Shown one piece after another: positions 26,753 to 39,834 of a DNA stretch of 64,000 nucleotides. Origin of the DNA: the human T2T-CHM13v2.0 reference genome, Homo sapiens. The notes beneath the pieces are model-generated. The model was not told the DNA's origin and did not search any database. It saw nothing but the letters and a program-made list of their open reading frames with translations. Every line of letters begins with the position of its first letter. Position 1 is the stretch's first letter. The translations under genes were made by a program, and so were the position numbers. Location of the stretch: the NCBI RefSeq assembly GCF_009914755.1, contig NC_060932.1; one strand, given 5' to 3'.

Positions 26753-27640
26753 CAGGTGGTCTTCCAAAGGTTCATAGAAAATGCACATGGTGAAGAAACT
26801 ATGCATGGATTTCCACTGGTTTGCACTAAAATAAACTTGTCCTAACTTCTGATAACCTTTCTGAACTAGATCTAGTTTGAGGCACTAAGAAGGATGAGAC
26901 ATCCACTGAAAAGGACTCCCATCAGAGCAACATGAATTCCACGAAAATTGCAGCAAGAGGAAACATCAAATTTATGGTGAAGCTTGGGTGGAAGATTGAA
27001 GAAATCATTGACGTTTTAAGAAAAGCTTGTAAGGACACTACCCCAAAGAAATGAACTCTTTACGAATGTATAGCTTGTTTCAAGAAGAGGTGAGAAGATG
27101 TGGAAGATGAATCCTGCAGTGGCTGTGAAAACCACTGTGCCCAGATCAGCTGCAGTTACGACGAGAGCTATCAGTGGAAATTTTAAACAGGAGGGATCAC
27201 GATCCTGACGCATCCCTCTGACAAATTGTAAGCGGAAGTTGGAACATGGCTTCACCAATATGATCTCCAAGGCAAAGCATCATGAAAGCGATGGCTACCA
27301 AGAGGTGGCAGTGGTCCAGTCAAAGGAAAAGGAGGCCAGTCAGGAGCCCACATCATGGCATCAGTGTTTTGGGACACTCAAGGCATTTTGCTTGTTGACT
27401 TTCTGAAAGGCCAAACATCTGCTTATTAGGAGAGTGTTCTGAGAAGCTTAGATAAAGCTTTGGTAGAAACATGCTGGGAAAGTCTCACTAGATCCTTGTT
27501 CACCACATCAATGCTCTGCTCATTCCTCTCATCAAACAAGGGCAATTTTGTCAGTTTCAATGGGCAGTCCTTAGGAATTCACCTTACGGGCTGCTTTCAT
27601 TCCTTCTAAATTCTTTTTGTTTCCTAATGATAAAAAGTCT
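26753..27640 (+). mobile_element. Hsmar2 fragment, unit 3
   Basis: Copy of 2368-3255. Confidence 0.85.
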
Positions 27641-30079
27641 CCTTGCCTTGCTTGGAAAGATGAGAGAAAGTCTCCTTGCCTTGTTTGGACAGATGAGAGA
27701 TGAGATCCTCCTCTTCTCTCCCAGGACAGAATGGTGAGACTTGAGTTTCCTTTCTCCTCACTCTTCTCCTCCTTGAGGGAGCTGCTGTGCCGGACAGACC
27801 TGCCCCCGTGTCTAGACACTGGTAGACTCGTTTAAGTTCCTCACAGGCAATCCTCCATGGGGTCAAAGTGGAAGGACTTATTTCTTCAGGGCTCAGTAGT
27901 CCACATCCTGGCGCGCACCTTCACCAGCCCAGGGCGGGGTAGAGGAGGGTGAAAGGGCGTGGCTCAGAGCCCGCTTCTTCCGCTCGGGCGTATCCTGGGA
28001 GGAACCCTTGTCCGGTGAGCATGTCTTCGTCTCTACCAAATTCCCTAGTGGGACATTTCTGGCAGCCCTACTTGTTCAGCAGCTTACGGGGGTCAGGTGG
28101 ACCTCTGCTAGTCACCAGCCTGAAGCCCTTTCTCCATTTCAGCTATTTTGGCAGTTGCCTAGGTGACTTTTGAACCTCATTATCCAGAACAGCAAACGGA
28201 CGAGGGGTGAGAAGAGTGGCCGTCTGGGTTTGCAGCATAGTGCTGCCTTCTAGGAGTTGTGCAGTCTTCGATTGTGTGAAACTTCACCTGGCTGATTTGT
28301 GGCAATGCCTCCACAAATTCGCTAAATTCAGTAGCTTTTGCCTTCCAAGATTCATTTACACAATGTTGAATGCTTTAAATGAATGAGCATGAAGAGTGCT
28401 GGGCTGGAAAGTGATGAGATGGGTGGTAGGGACTCCTCGGAGTAGAGGAGTAGAGTTTTACTATTATGACTAGGAGGCAAATAAAAAGAAGCTGAACGTG
28501 ATCCATAATAAAAGAAGCACACACTCACAGAGCTCCATACCAACTACATTAAAATGGAAATCATGATATTTGGAAATACAACTTAATTGGAAATCATTAA
28601 GTAATCTCATCAACCTTTTTACAGTGGGTGGCAGGGCTATGGAGGGAAAACAGCAATGGTTCTGGCACCTACTTAACTTGATTCCATTAAATTCACCCAA
28701 CAGGCCTCCAGAGAACATATTACTGCTTTGATATTACAAAGGGAAAAACAGCTATGGCGTCTCTGAAAAGCACAACGTGCTAGGACTGGAATGACTTTAA
28801 AACCACACATAAATTTCTGAGAGATTTTTGCCATAAGGTACCATCCACCTTACTGTAAACCACATCCTAAAATTGTCTGCAGTGCAAATGGATTATGTGC
28901 ATCCAACAGGAAACAGCATAGGTTGAGAAGCTGTTACTTAATAGCTTCATTGTCACCACGAGTGTAAAGTGTGGGGTCTCATCACTTTTGCACCCACGTT
29001 TTGCCTGTTGGTTTCTCCACACTGTCAGGAGCATTTGACCAACTCACTGTGGCTCAGGGTCCCTTACGCAGCCTGTTGGGGAAACCAGTGGGTATTGAAG
29101 ACCTGCCTCTGGTGTGCCAGGAGATTGTGCCTGCCGGCCACTCTGACTTGCGATCTTCCGCCTCAGTGTATGGCTTCCTACACCTGGGTAATTAACATAG
29201 CCAGCATGATAAGGAGGTCCTTTCATCACTATTGCCACTAGTCCTTCCGACTCCTGTGCCCTGTTTCTCCTTTATTGGAACCCAAGAACGAGTAAACATA
29301 GCATTTTCAAACATCCCGCCCCCTTCCCTGGTAACACCAATATTCCACCATCCTAATTCCCTCACAAGCATTCAGTCTCTCCACCCTGAGGTGGTGAAAT
29401 CCCTGCAGGCATTTATAAGTATACCTGGACAGAAGAAATACAAGATACCGTTCTATTAACTCAATATAGTGTTGCTAAGTTCGTACTTGTGCTTGGTTTA
29501 TGTTATTTTATAAATACGTATCACTCGCATGGTTCCAAATGCGGTAGGCACAGAGAGTATATATGATGGAATTACATCCTCCTTCCCTGCACTCAGCAAC
29601 CGAGATCTTCCCGCTACGGGCACTCAAAGGTTTCATTGTCTGAAATATCAGCCTAAACGTAGTTTATGTTTAGGAAGCAACAACCGTAAATAGGCCCACA
29701 TCCAAACGGAGTGGATTTAGGTTTCACTTTTTCAAGGAAAAACCATCAAAGAATTTTTCCACATACTTATAAACCATCCCACGTATAGAATCCATTTTTA
29801 CTGACACAAATTTAGTACCAATAAACGACTCTTCTTCTCAATTTGTTTTATTTAACAATAAGTCTTGAACGTCATTCCCAGTTAACATTTTGAAGAGTTT
29901 CCTCTCTTTCGTTCTGTTTTAGCTGCAAAGTATTCTTCCGTAAGGATGAACGTACTATAATTTATTAGCCAGCCACTTAGTGATGTACAATTAAGCAGTT
30001 TTAAATCTTTGACTCTTGAAAATATTGTTTCTCACACATAAATATTTCTATAAAATAAATTAGTTGAATTAGAATTGTT

Positions 30080-30292
30080 GGAGTTCAAGACCAGCCTGGC
30101 CAACATGGTGAAACCCCATCTCTACTAGAAACACAAAATTAGCCGGACATGCCGGTACATGCCTCTAATCTCAGGTGAGGCAGGAGAATCACTTCAACCT
30201 GGGAGGCAGAGGTTGTAGTGACTCGAAATCACGCCACTGCACTCCAGCCTGGGCGACGCGAGCGAAACTCTGTCTCAAAAAACCAAAAAAAA
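30080..30292 (+). mobile_element. 5'-truncated Alu, unit 3
   Basis: Copy of 5695-5907. Confidence 0.9.
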
Positions 30293-30420
30293 TTAAACAT
30301 AAAAAGAAAAGCGGTACATATACCCAATAGAACACAATTCAGCCTTAAAAAAGAAAGAAATCATCTCATTGGCAACACGAATGAGCCTAGAGGATGGTAC
30401 ACTGAGTGAAAGAAAGCAAA

Positions 30421-30735
30421 GGCCAGGCACGGTGGCTCATGCCTGTAATCCCAGTACTTTGGGAGGCCAAGGCAGGTGGAAGCGTTGAGCCCAGGAGTTG
30501 GAGATGAACCTGGGCAACATGGTGAAACCCCATCTCTAAAAGAAACACAAAAATTAGCCAAGTGTGGCGTTGGACGCCTGTAGTCCTAGCTATTCAGGAG
30601 GCTGAAGCGGGAGGAACTCTCGACCCCGGGAGGTGGAGGCCGTGGTGGGTGAGTGAGCCGTGTTTGTGTCACTGTACTCCAGCCTGGGTGACAGACTGAG
30701 ACCCTGTCTCAAAAAATAAATAATTACATAATAAA
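30421..30735 (+). mobile_element. Alu (AluJ-like), unit 3
   Basis: Copy of 6036-6346. Confidence 0.9.
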
Positions 30736-32144
30736 GATTTAAAAAGCAAGCACAAAAAGACAAATACTGCATGATCTCACTTATATGTGCAATCTCCAAC
30801 AATGCAACTCATAGCTGTAGAGAGCAGAACGGTGGTTACCCGAGGCAGGGGTCAGGGAGGGACTGGAGAGATGATAGTCTCATGATACAAAATTTCAGAG
30901 AGGAATGGTTCTAGAGATCTATTGAACAGCCTGGCATCTACAGTGTATAAGTATGTATTGTATACTTGAAAATTGCTATAAGAGTAGATTTTAGACATGT
31001 CCTCATCACATTAAAATCAGTATGTGAGGAAACGAGTGTGTTAATTAGCTTGATTTTGTCATTCCACAATGTATACACGTATGAAACATCATGTTGTATG
31101 CCATAAATATATATAATTTTTATTTGTCAAGTTAAAATTAAAATTCATATAAATTATAAAAATAAAATGAAATAACATACACTACAAAAGACGTTTATTT
31201 ATTAAATCCCCACAGAAGGGGTCTAAGTGATAAAGGAAAATAAAATTCCGGGAACGGTAAAATCAATCAGAAATGCCCTACTTCAGTGCTTTCCGAAATT
31301 TGTCTGACAGAGTGGAAATCCAGTTTTTCACTAAGTCACTGTTCTGGAACAGTTTGTGTGTGTGTATGTATGTGTGTGAGGGCTCACATACACAAATTGA
31401 ACTAATGGAAGTGTAAGCATTCAAATTATCAGTTTAATTTAGTTCTATACATATACACACACACACACTCACACACCGAAAACATTGATAAAATCAGCCA
31501 TTCCAGCAAAACTAGCTACTTAGTGTCTATCTCTCCTTGAAGATTCAAACTAGAAATGAGGATTTAGAGAGGCATGATGGTTCGTTCTCTCTTGGAGCCC
31601 AGTTCGAAGTTGACTGACTGATTCAGTCATTGTAATTGGTTGGTCTTGGGGAAGAATCCACTTTGACTCTTGGGAAGTCAGCTAGGTCAGCAGACAGAGC
31701 AGGGGCTCTGGAGCCAGACTGCCTGCACCCGACTTCTAGCTATGATACCTTGGATAAACTACTTATCACCTGGGCTTCAGGTTCCTCATCTGTAAAATGG
31801 GGATAAGAATGCTATCTCTCTCACAACTATTAGGAGGACTGACTGGGTTAATACGTGCAAAGTACCAAGTACATAAGAAACCAACAGCCAGTGCTCATTA
31901 CAATCATTATTATTTTGGGCAAGTTAAGCCGCATGGTTTCTTTAGGTATAAAATTAGGCTTTATTTACCTACCTGTTGGGTTGTTCCAAGGATTAATCAC
32001 ATAGTGTTCATGAATTCCCTTTATAAACTATTATACAAAAGAAATATAGTTAACATTAATTGAACACCTACTATGTGCGATCGTTTTAAGGCTTGCCATG
32101 TGCTGCTTCATTCAGTCCGCACCATGACATTAGGATCACACTTT

Positions 32145-35100
32145 CGTTTTCCATTTTTTTTAAAATTATACTTTAATTACTAGGGTACATGTGCACAACG
32201 TGCAGGTTTATTACGTATGTAAGCACGTGCCATGTTGGTGTGCTGCACCCATTCACTAGTCATTTACATTAGGTATATCTCTTAATGTTATCCCTCCCCC
32301 TCCCCCCACCCATGACAGGCCCCGGTGTGTGATGTTCCCCTTTCTGCGTCCAAGTGTTCTCCTAGTTCAATTCCCACCTATGAGTGGGATCACGCGGTGT
32401 TTGGTTTTTTTGTCCTTGCGATAGTTTGCTAAGAATGATGGTTTCCAGCTTCATCCGTGTCCCTCCGAAGGGCATGAACACATGCTTTTTTATGGCTGCA
32501 TAGTATTCCACGGTGTATTTGTGCCACGTTTCCTTAATCCAGTCTATCATTGATGGACATCTGGGCTGGTTCCAAGTCTTTGCTACTGTGAACGGTGCCG
32601 CAATAAACATACGTCTGCGTGTGTCCTTTTAGCAGCATGATTTATAGTCCTATGGGTGTATACCCAGTAATGGGACGGCTGGGTCAAATGGTATTTCTAA
32701 TTCTAGATCCTTGAGGATTCGCCACACTATCTTCCACAACCGCTGAACTGGTTTACAGTCCCACCAGCAGTGTAAAAGTGTCCCTATTTCTCCACTACCT
32801 CTCCAGCACCTGTTGTTTCCTGACTTTTTTATTGATCGCTATTCTAACTGGTGTGAGACGATATCTCTTTGCGGATTTGATTTGCATTTCTCTGATGACC
32901 AGTGTTGATGAGCATTTTTTCATGTGTCTGTTGGCTGCATAAATGTCTTCTTTTTAGAAGTGTCTCTTCATATCCTTCCCGCACTTGTTGATGGGGTTGT
33001 TTGGTTTTTCTTGTAACTCTGTTTGAGTTCTTAGTAGATTCTGGATATTAGCCCTTTGTCAGATGAGTAGATTGCAAAAATTTTCTCCCTTTCTGTAGCA
33101 TGCCTGTTCACTCTGATGGGAGTTTCTTTAGCTGTGCAGAAACTCTTTAGTGTAATTAGATGCCGTTTGTCAATATTGGCTTTTGTTGCCTTTGCTTTTG
33201 GCGTTTTAGACATGAGGTCCTTGCCCATGCCTGTGTCCTGAATGGTATTGCCTAGGTTTTCTCCTAGGGTTTGTATGGCTTAAGATGTAACATTTAAGTC
33301 TGTCATCCGTCTTGAATAAACTTTTGCATAAGGTGTAAGGAAGGGATCCAATTTCACCTTCGGACATATGGCTAGCCAGTTTTCCCAGCACCATTTATTA
33401 AATAGGGAATCCTTTCCCCATTTCTTGTTTTTGTCAGGTTTGTCAAAGATCCGACGGTTGTAGATGTGTCGTATTATTTCTGAGGGCTCTATTCTGTTCC
33501 ATTGGTCTACAGTAACCAAAAAGGCAACCAACAGCATGCTGTTTGGTTACTGTAGGCTTGTAGTGTAGTTTGAAGTCGGGTAGCTTGATGCCTCCACCTT
33601 TGTTCTTTTGGCTTAGGATTATCTTGGCAGTGGGGGCCCTTTTGTGGTTCCATGTAAACTTTCAAGTAGTTTTTTCCAATTCTGTGAAGAAAGTCCTTGG
33701 TAGCTTGATGGGGATGGCATTGGATCTATAATATACCTTGGGCAGTATGGCCATTTTCACGATACTGATTCTTCCTAACCGTGAGCATGGAATATTCTTC
33801 CATTGGTTTGTGTCCTCTTTTATTTCGTGGAGCAGTGGTTTGTAGTTCTCCTTGAAGAGGTCCTTCGCACATCGCATCCCTTGTTAGTTGGATTCCTCAG
33901 TATTTTATTCTCTTTGAAGCAATTGTGAATGGGAGCTCAGTCATGATTTGGCTCTCTGTTTGCCTGTTATTGGTGTATGAGAATGCTTGTGTTTTTTGCA
34001 CATCGATTTTGTATCCTGAGACTTTGCTGAAGTTGCTTATCAGCTTAAGGAGATTTTGGGCTGAGACGCTGGGGTTTTCTAAATATTCAATCATGTCATC
34101 TACAAACAGGGACAATTTGACTTCCTCTTTTCCTAATTGATTACTCTTTATTTCTTTCTCCTGCCTGATTGCCCTGGCCAGAAGTTCCAACACCATGTTG
34201 AATAGGAGTGGTGAGAGAGGGCACCCCTGTCTTGTGGCAGTTTGCAAAGGGAATGCTTCCACTTTTTGCCCATTCAGTATAATATTGGCTGTGGGTTTGC
34301 CCTAAATAGCCCTTATTATTTTGAGGTATGTCCCATCAGTACCTAATTTATTGAGAGTTTTTGGCATGAAAGGCTGTTGAATTTTGTCAAAGGCCTTTTC
34401 TGCATCTGTTGAGATAATCACGCGGTTTCTGTCTTTGGTTCCGATTATATGCTGGATTATGTTTATTGATTTGCATATGTTGGACCAGCCTTGCATGTCA
34501 GGGATGAAGCCCACTTGATCATAATGGATAAGCTCTTTGATGTGCTGCTGGATTCGGTTTGCCAGCATTTTATGGAGGATTTTTCCATCGGTGTTCCTCA
34601 GGGATATGGGCCGAAAATTCTCTTTGTTGGTTGTGTCTCTCTCAGCCTTTGGGATCAGGATGATGCTGGCCTCATAAAATGAGATAGGGAGGATTCCCTC
34701 TTTTTCTGTTGATTGGAATAGTTTCCGAAGGAATGGTACCAGCTCCTCCTTGTACTTCTGGTAGAATTCGGCTGTGAATCCGTCTGGTCCTGGAGTTTTA
34801 TTGCTTGATAGGCTATTAATTATTGCCTCAATTTCAGAGCCTGTTATTGGTCTATTCAGGCATTCAACTTCTTCCTGGTTTACTCTGGGGAGGTTGCATG
34901 TGTCCAGGAATTTATTCATTTCTTCTAGATTTCCGAGTTTGTTTGCCTAGAGGTGTTGACAGTATTCTCTCATGGTAGTTTGTACTTCTGTGGGATCAGT
35001 GGTGATATCCCCTTTATCATTTTTTATTGCATCTGCTTGATTCTTCTTCCTTTCATTCTTTAATAGTCTTGCTAGTGGTCTATCAATTTTGTTGATGGTT

Positions 35101-35816
35101 TCAAAAAACCCGCTCCTGGATTCATTGATTTTTTGAAGGGTTTTTTGGGTCTCTATCTCCTTCAGTTCTGCTCGGATCTTAGTTATTTCTTGCCTTCTGC
35201 TAGCTTTTGAATGTGTTTGCTCTTGCTTCTCTCATCCTTTTAATGGTGATGTTAGGGTATGCATTTTTGATCTTTCCTGCTTTCCCTTGTGGGCATTTAG
35301 TGCTATAAATTTCCCTCTACACACTGCTTTAAATGTGTCCCAGAGATTCTGGTATGTTGTGTCTTTGTTCTCATTGCTTTCAGAGAATATCTTTATTTCT
35401 GCCTTCATTTCGTTATGTACCCAGTACTCATTCAGGAGCAGCTTGTCCGGTTTCCATGCAGTTGTGCGGTTTTGAGTGAGTTTCTCAATCCTGAGGTCTA
35501 GTGTGATTGCAATGTGGTCTGAGAGACCGTTTGTAATAATTTCTGTAATTTTACTTTTACTGAGGAGTGCTTTACTTCCAACTATGTGGTCAATGTGGAA
35601 ATAAGTGTGATGTGGTGCTGAGAAGAATGTATATTCTGTTGATTTGGGGTGGAGCGTTCTGTACATGTCTCCTAGGTCCGCTTGGTGCAGAGCTGAGCTC
35701 AATTCCCGGATATCCTTTTTTAACTTTCTGTCTCGTTGGTGTGTCTAATGTTGACAGTGGGGTGTTAAGTTTGCCATTATTATTATTATTACTATGTGGG
35801 AGTCTAAGTCTCTTTT
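32145..35816 (-). mobile_element. 5'-truncated L1PA, unit 3
   Basis: Copy of 7756-11429 with the same TSD. Confidence 0.95.
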
Positions 35817-36380
35817 GATCACACTTTAAAGACCAAAAGGTAGAAGCGCAAAGACGTTATCTGTCCAATATTACAAACCTAGTAAGTGGTGGAATTTGGC
35901 CTTGAACCCAGATCTGTAACTCCAGAGCCGAAGTGCTTCACCCACCTCCCTGTGGTGCCTCTACAGAAAAAGAGGTAAGCAGGCATTCCGAAAGCTGGTG
36001 GGCCGGGGGGCTGGCCTTGTACTCAGAAGCCATGGAAGTCCCACGTGGGGTGGCTAGTGGTGTAAGGACAGAGGTCTCGGATGGGCAGAGGGATGTGGAC
36101 AGGCGCGAGGGCGCGCGGCAGGGACTCGGGGGACTGGGAGTGGCGGCTCGGGGCTGCGGGAGGCGATTGGTGGAAGGACAGAGGTCTGGGAGGGGCAGAG
36201 GGATGTGGACAGGCCCGAGGGGCCGCGGCAGGGATTCCGGGGGACCGGGAGTGGGGGGTTGGGGTTACTCTTGGCTTTTTGCCCTCTCCTGCCGCCGGCT
36301 GCTCCAGTTTCTTTCGCTTTGCGGCGAGGTGGGCAGGGTGAGCTCTCGGGACTGATGGCGGTTTTGGAAGAGGCCTGGGG

Positions 36381-38408
36381 CTAAGGACAGGCCAGGGCGG
36401 CGGGAGAGGCGGACCGGTGGCGTGGCTGGATCTGGGCGCGCTGTCGGACCTTCCACATCACCAGCTGCAGGCAGGCGTTTGCGTCCTCGCTGGAGTTGTG
36501 GCCGTCCTGGCTGTCCTGGATGATCTGTGCCAGGTAGTCGGCCGCGAGATTCCTGAGGGAGCGCTTGTAGGGGAAACCCAGGTAGTGCGGGAAGAGCACG
36601 GCCGTGTCCACCACGGTGCTGTGGATGAGCTTCAGGGCCAGCAGGTCGCTCTCCAGGCTGTGCCCGATGAGGATGGTTTGGGCGCTGAAAAAGCTCAGCA
36701 GGATGGCTTGGACTTGGGGCAACGTGATGCTCGTCTTGGCGACGTCGGCCTCGGTGACTCCGGAAAACCTGGTGTTGTAGTCCACGATCTCGTTGTCGGG
36801 CTTGACGAAGGTGTCGTACACCACTCGCATGTCGGCGTCCACCACGGTGACGCGGGTCAGCTCTAGGCCATGCGTGGTGTAGCACATCTCACAGTCCAAG
36901 GCGTAGATTCCTGGATAAGCGTCTCTGGACAACTCTTTCTTGAAGGTCTCCACGAAGCCATCGAGGCTCTCCTTGCGGCCGTCCCGCACGTGCTGCTTTG
37001 CCACCTGGCAGCCCACAGAGCCAGGAGCAGCTGCACAGCAGGTGTACTGGCTAACCCGGCCTCCAGCCACCTGGCTCGAGCGGACCCGCCCCCAGTGATA
37101 ATAACACAACTGGTCGCGTACACAGCGGCCCGAGGAGGACACCAGGTACTCGGTGCCACAACGGCAGCAGACCCTGCAGGAGGAGTCGCCGGGCCCCTTC
37201 CCCTGGCCAGTGAAGAGGACGGCGCCTCCGGGCCGCTCGGGGTGCGGGAAGGGGTAGCCGTTCTCCTTGAGCTGGTCCTGGGTGAGCAGGAACTCCTGGA
37301 GGCGGCTGTACAGGGCGGCCCTGCTGAGGCCGGGCATGGAGCTGGGGGTCAGGCCCTTCAGTCTCTTGAGGGTGTTCAGGACCACGTTCAGGTACCTGTT
37401 CTTGTTGGGGCTGCAGTCGTAGGCCACCTTCTCCTCGTTCAGCGCCTTCTCCTCGGCCTCCTGCTTGGAGGCGCAGAACTTGAGACACTCTTCGGTGAAC
37501 AGTTGGAGATAGCCTCGGCGGAGGACGGTGGGGACTTGGCACCCAGAGCTTCGGAGGATAATGGGTTTCTTCAAACTCAAACTCGGTAAGGATGCACGAC
37601 GGACGATTCGCTTAGAGCTGGTGGTGGCGGTGGTCTTGCATGCCATCCCTGACCTGTTGCGCGTCTTCCCTGGCTGTCTGCCGACCTTGGAGCCACGGGA
37701 GCGTTGGCTGCTGCTGGCCACCCGGGTTCTCTTGGCATCTGTGTAACCTGTGACCAAGCAAGGGCTGGAAGAGTGGGCGATCGTCTTCCTCTTCCTGGGG
37801 GCTGAGATGCGGACTCCCGAGGGCCTCTCTGTCAGCCTTGGGGCGGCTGGCAAGCGGCAGGCCGATCCCCTCTGCGCAGGGAAGTAGCACGACTCCGTCA
37901 CCATCTTGGGCCACGCTGGGGGCACCGCCGGACCCCTGTTCTGGGGCTCCGCCTGGATGTCCACAAATGCTGAGGCCTGCTTGTGCATCTGGGGCACCCA
38001 GAGCCCGAAGCTCTGGGCAGGCTGATGAGAGGGCAGTGGGAATTCTGGAGCCTCGAGGGCCGCCTCCTCGGCCACCTTCTTAGCTTCTGGGTATCCAGGT
38101 GGGAACCAGCAGGGAGCTGTGGCTCGCAACATCTTGCTGCCTTCGGGAGCACCGGCCGGGCTCTGCTCCGCTCCCAAATGGCGGCTTGCCTCCGGGGCCG
38201 CCTCCTTGGCCACCTTCTTAGCTTCTGGGTATCCAGGGCGGAACCAGCAGGGAGCTGTGGCTCGTAACATCTTGCTGCCTTCGGGAGCACCGGCCTGGCT
38301 CTGCTCCCCTCCCAAATGGCGGCTTGCCTCCAGGGCCGCCTCCTCGGCCACCTTCTTAGCTTCTGGGTATCCAGGGGGGAACCAGCAGGGAGCTGTGGCT
38401 CGCAACAT
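36381..38408 (-). CDS. REXO1L1: REXO1-like exonuclease GOR, 675 aa, copy 4
   Basis: Intact ORF; protein identical to copy 3, same synonymous variant. Confidence 0.9.
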   Translation of the reverse strand: MLRATAPCWFPPGYPEAKKVAEEAALEASRHLGGEQSQAGAPEGSKMLRATAPCWFRPGYPEAKKVAKEAAPEASRHLGAEQSPAGAPEGSKMLRATAPCWFPPGYPEAKKVAEEAALEAPEFPLPSHQPAQSFGLWVPQMHKQASAFVDIQAEPQNRGPAVPPAWPKMVTESCYFPAQRGSACRLPAAPRLTERPSGVRISAPRKRKTIAHSSSPCLVTGYTDAKRTRVASSSQRSRGSKVGRQPGKTRNRSGMACKTTATTSSKRIVRRASLPSLSLKKPIILRSSGCQVPTVLRRGYLQLFTEECLKFCASKQEAEEKALNEEKVAYDCSPNKNRYLNVVLNTLKRLKGLTPSSMPGLSRAALYSRLQEFLLTQDQLKENGYPFPHPERPGGAVLFTGQGKGPGDSSCRVCCRCGTEYLVSSSGRCVRDQLCYYHWGRVRSSQVAGGRVSQYTCCAAAPGSVGCQVAKQHVRDGRKESLDGFVETFKKELSRDAYPGIYALDCEMCYTTHGLELTRVTVVDADMRVVYDTFVKPDNEIVDYNTRFSGVTEADVAKTSITLPQVQAILLSFFSAQTILIGHSLESDLLALKLIHSTVVDTAVLFPHYLGFPYKRSLRNLAADYLAQIIQDSQDGHNSSEDANACLQLVMWKVRQRAQIQPRHRSASPAALACP

Positions 38409-38946
38409 CTTGCTGCCTTCGGGAGCACCGGCCTGGCTCTGCTCCTCTCCCAACTGGCGGCTTCAATGAGTGCTGCGGCCGCCACTTGTCGCCTTTATAT
38501 AGGCACAGGGCAGACTGGGTGGGACTTCTCCTTGATAGGTTGGTGCTTCAGTCCAATCACACTGAGCCTCATCTTCCACCAGACTCCAGCTTGGGAATGC
38601 CTCAGGGGGTGCGCTAATGGAATCAACTGGAACTCCCGGTTGCTAAACTTGGAGCTAGGTTGCTTTTCCTGAGTTAAGTAACTGTCCCTGCAGGGCAGTC
38701 CTATAATGGCTACTGGAATTGGGCTACCTAGGATTAAATTAAGGTTCAGGGAGGTTGGTCAACTTGCTTGGGCCCACAAAGCACCCCTTGGAGCCAGGAC
38801 TGGGCCAGCAGTCTGCTGCATGCTGGAGGGCGGGATCCCTCTGGGGCTGCCTTTCCCTGCTCTGTGCACTCCGCCGCTGCGGGCAAATTGAGGACAGGAA
38901 GCGGACCGCACCCACTTCTCTCCCAGGACTTGGGCAATGTTCAACA

Positions 38947-39834
38947 CAGGTGGTCTTCCAAAGGTTCATAGAAAATGCACATGGTGAAGAAACTATGCAT
39001 GGATTTCCACTGGTTTGCACTAAAATAAACTTGTCCTAACTTCTGATAACCTTTCTGAACTAGATCTAGTTTGAGGCACTAAGAAGGATGAGACATCCAC
39101 TGAAAAGGACTCCCATCAGAGCAACATGAATTCCACGAAAATTGCAGCAAGAGGAAACATCAAATTTATGGTGAAGCTTGGGTGGAAGATTGAAGAAATC
39201 ATTGACGTTTTAAGAAAAGCTTGTAAGGACACTACCCCAAAGAAATGAACTCTTTACGAATGTATAGCTTGTTTCAAGAAGAGGTGAGAAGATGTGGAAG
39301 ATGAATCCTGCAGTGGCTGTGAAAACCACTGTGCCCAGATCAGCTGCAGTTACGACGAGAGCTATCAGTGGAAATTTTAAACAGGAGGGATCACGATCCT
39401 GACGCATCCCTCTGACAAATTGTAAGCGGAAGTTGGAACATGGCTTCACCAATATGATCTCCAAGGCAAAGCATCATGAAAGCGATGGCTACCAAGAGGT
39501 GGCAGTGGTCCAGTCAAAGGAAAAGGAGGCCAGTCAGGAGCCCACATCATGGCATCAGTGTTTTGGGACACTCAAGGCATTTTGCTTGTTGACTTTCTGA
39601 AAGGCCAAACATCTGCTTATTAGGAGAGTGTTCTGAGAAGCTTAGATAAAGCTTTGGTAGAAACATGCTGGGAAAGTCTCACTAGATCCTTGTTCACCAC
39701 ATCAATGCTCTGCTCATTCCTCTCATCAAACAAGGGCAATTTTGTCAGTTTCAATGGGCAGTCCTTAGGAATTCACCTTACGGGCTGCTTTCATTCCTTC
39801 TAAATTCTTTTTGTTTCCTAATGATAAAAAGTCT
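38947..39834 (+). mobile_element. Hsmar2 fragment, unit 4
   Basis: Copy of 2368-3255. Confidence 0.85.
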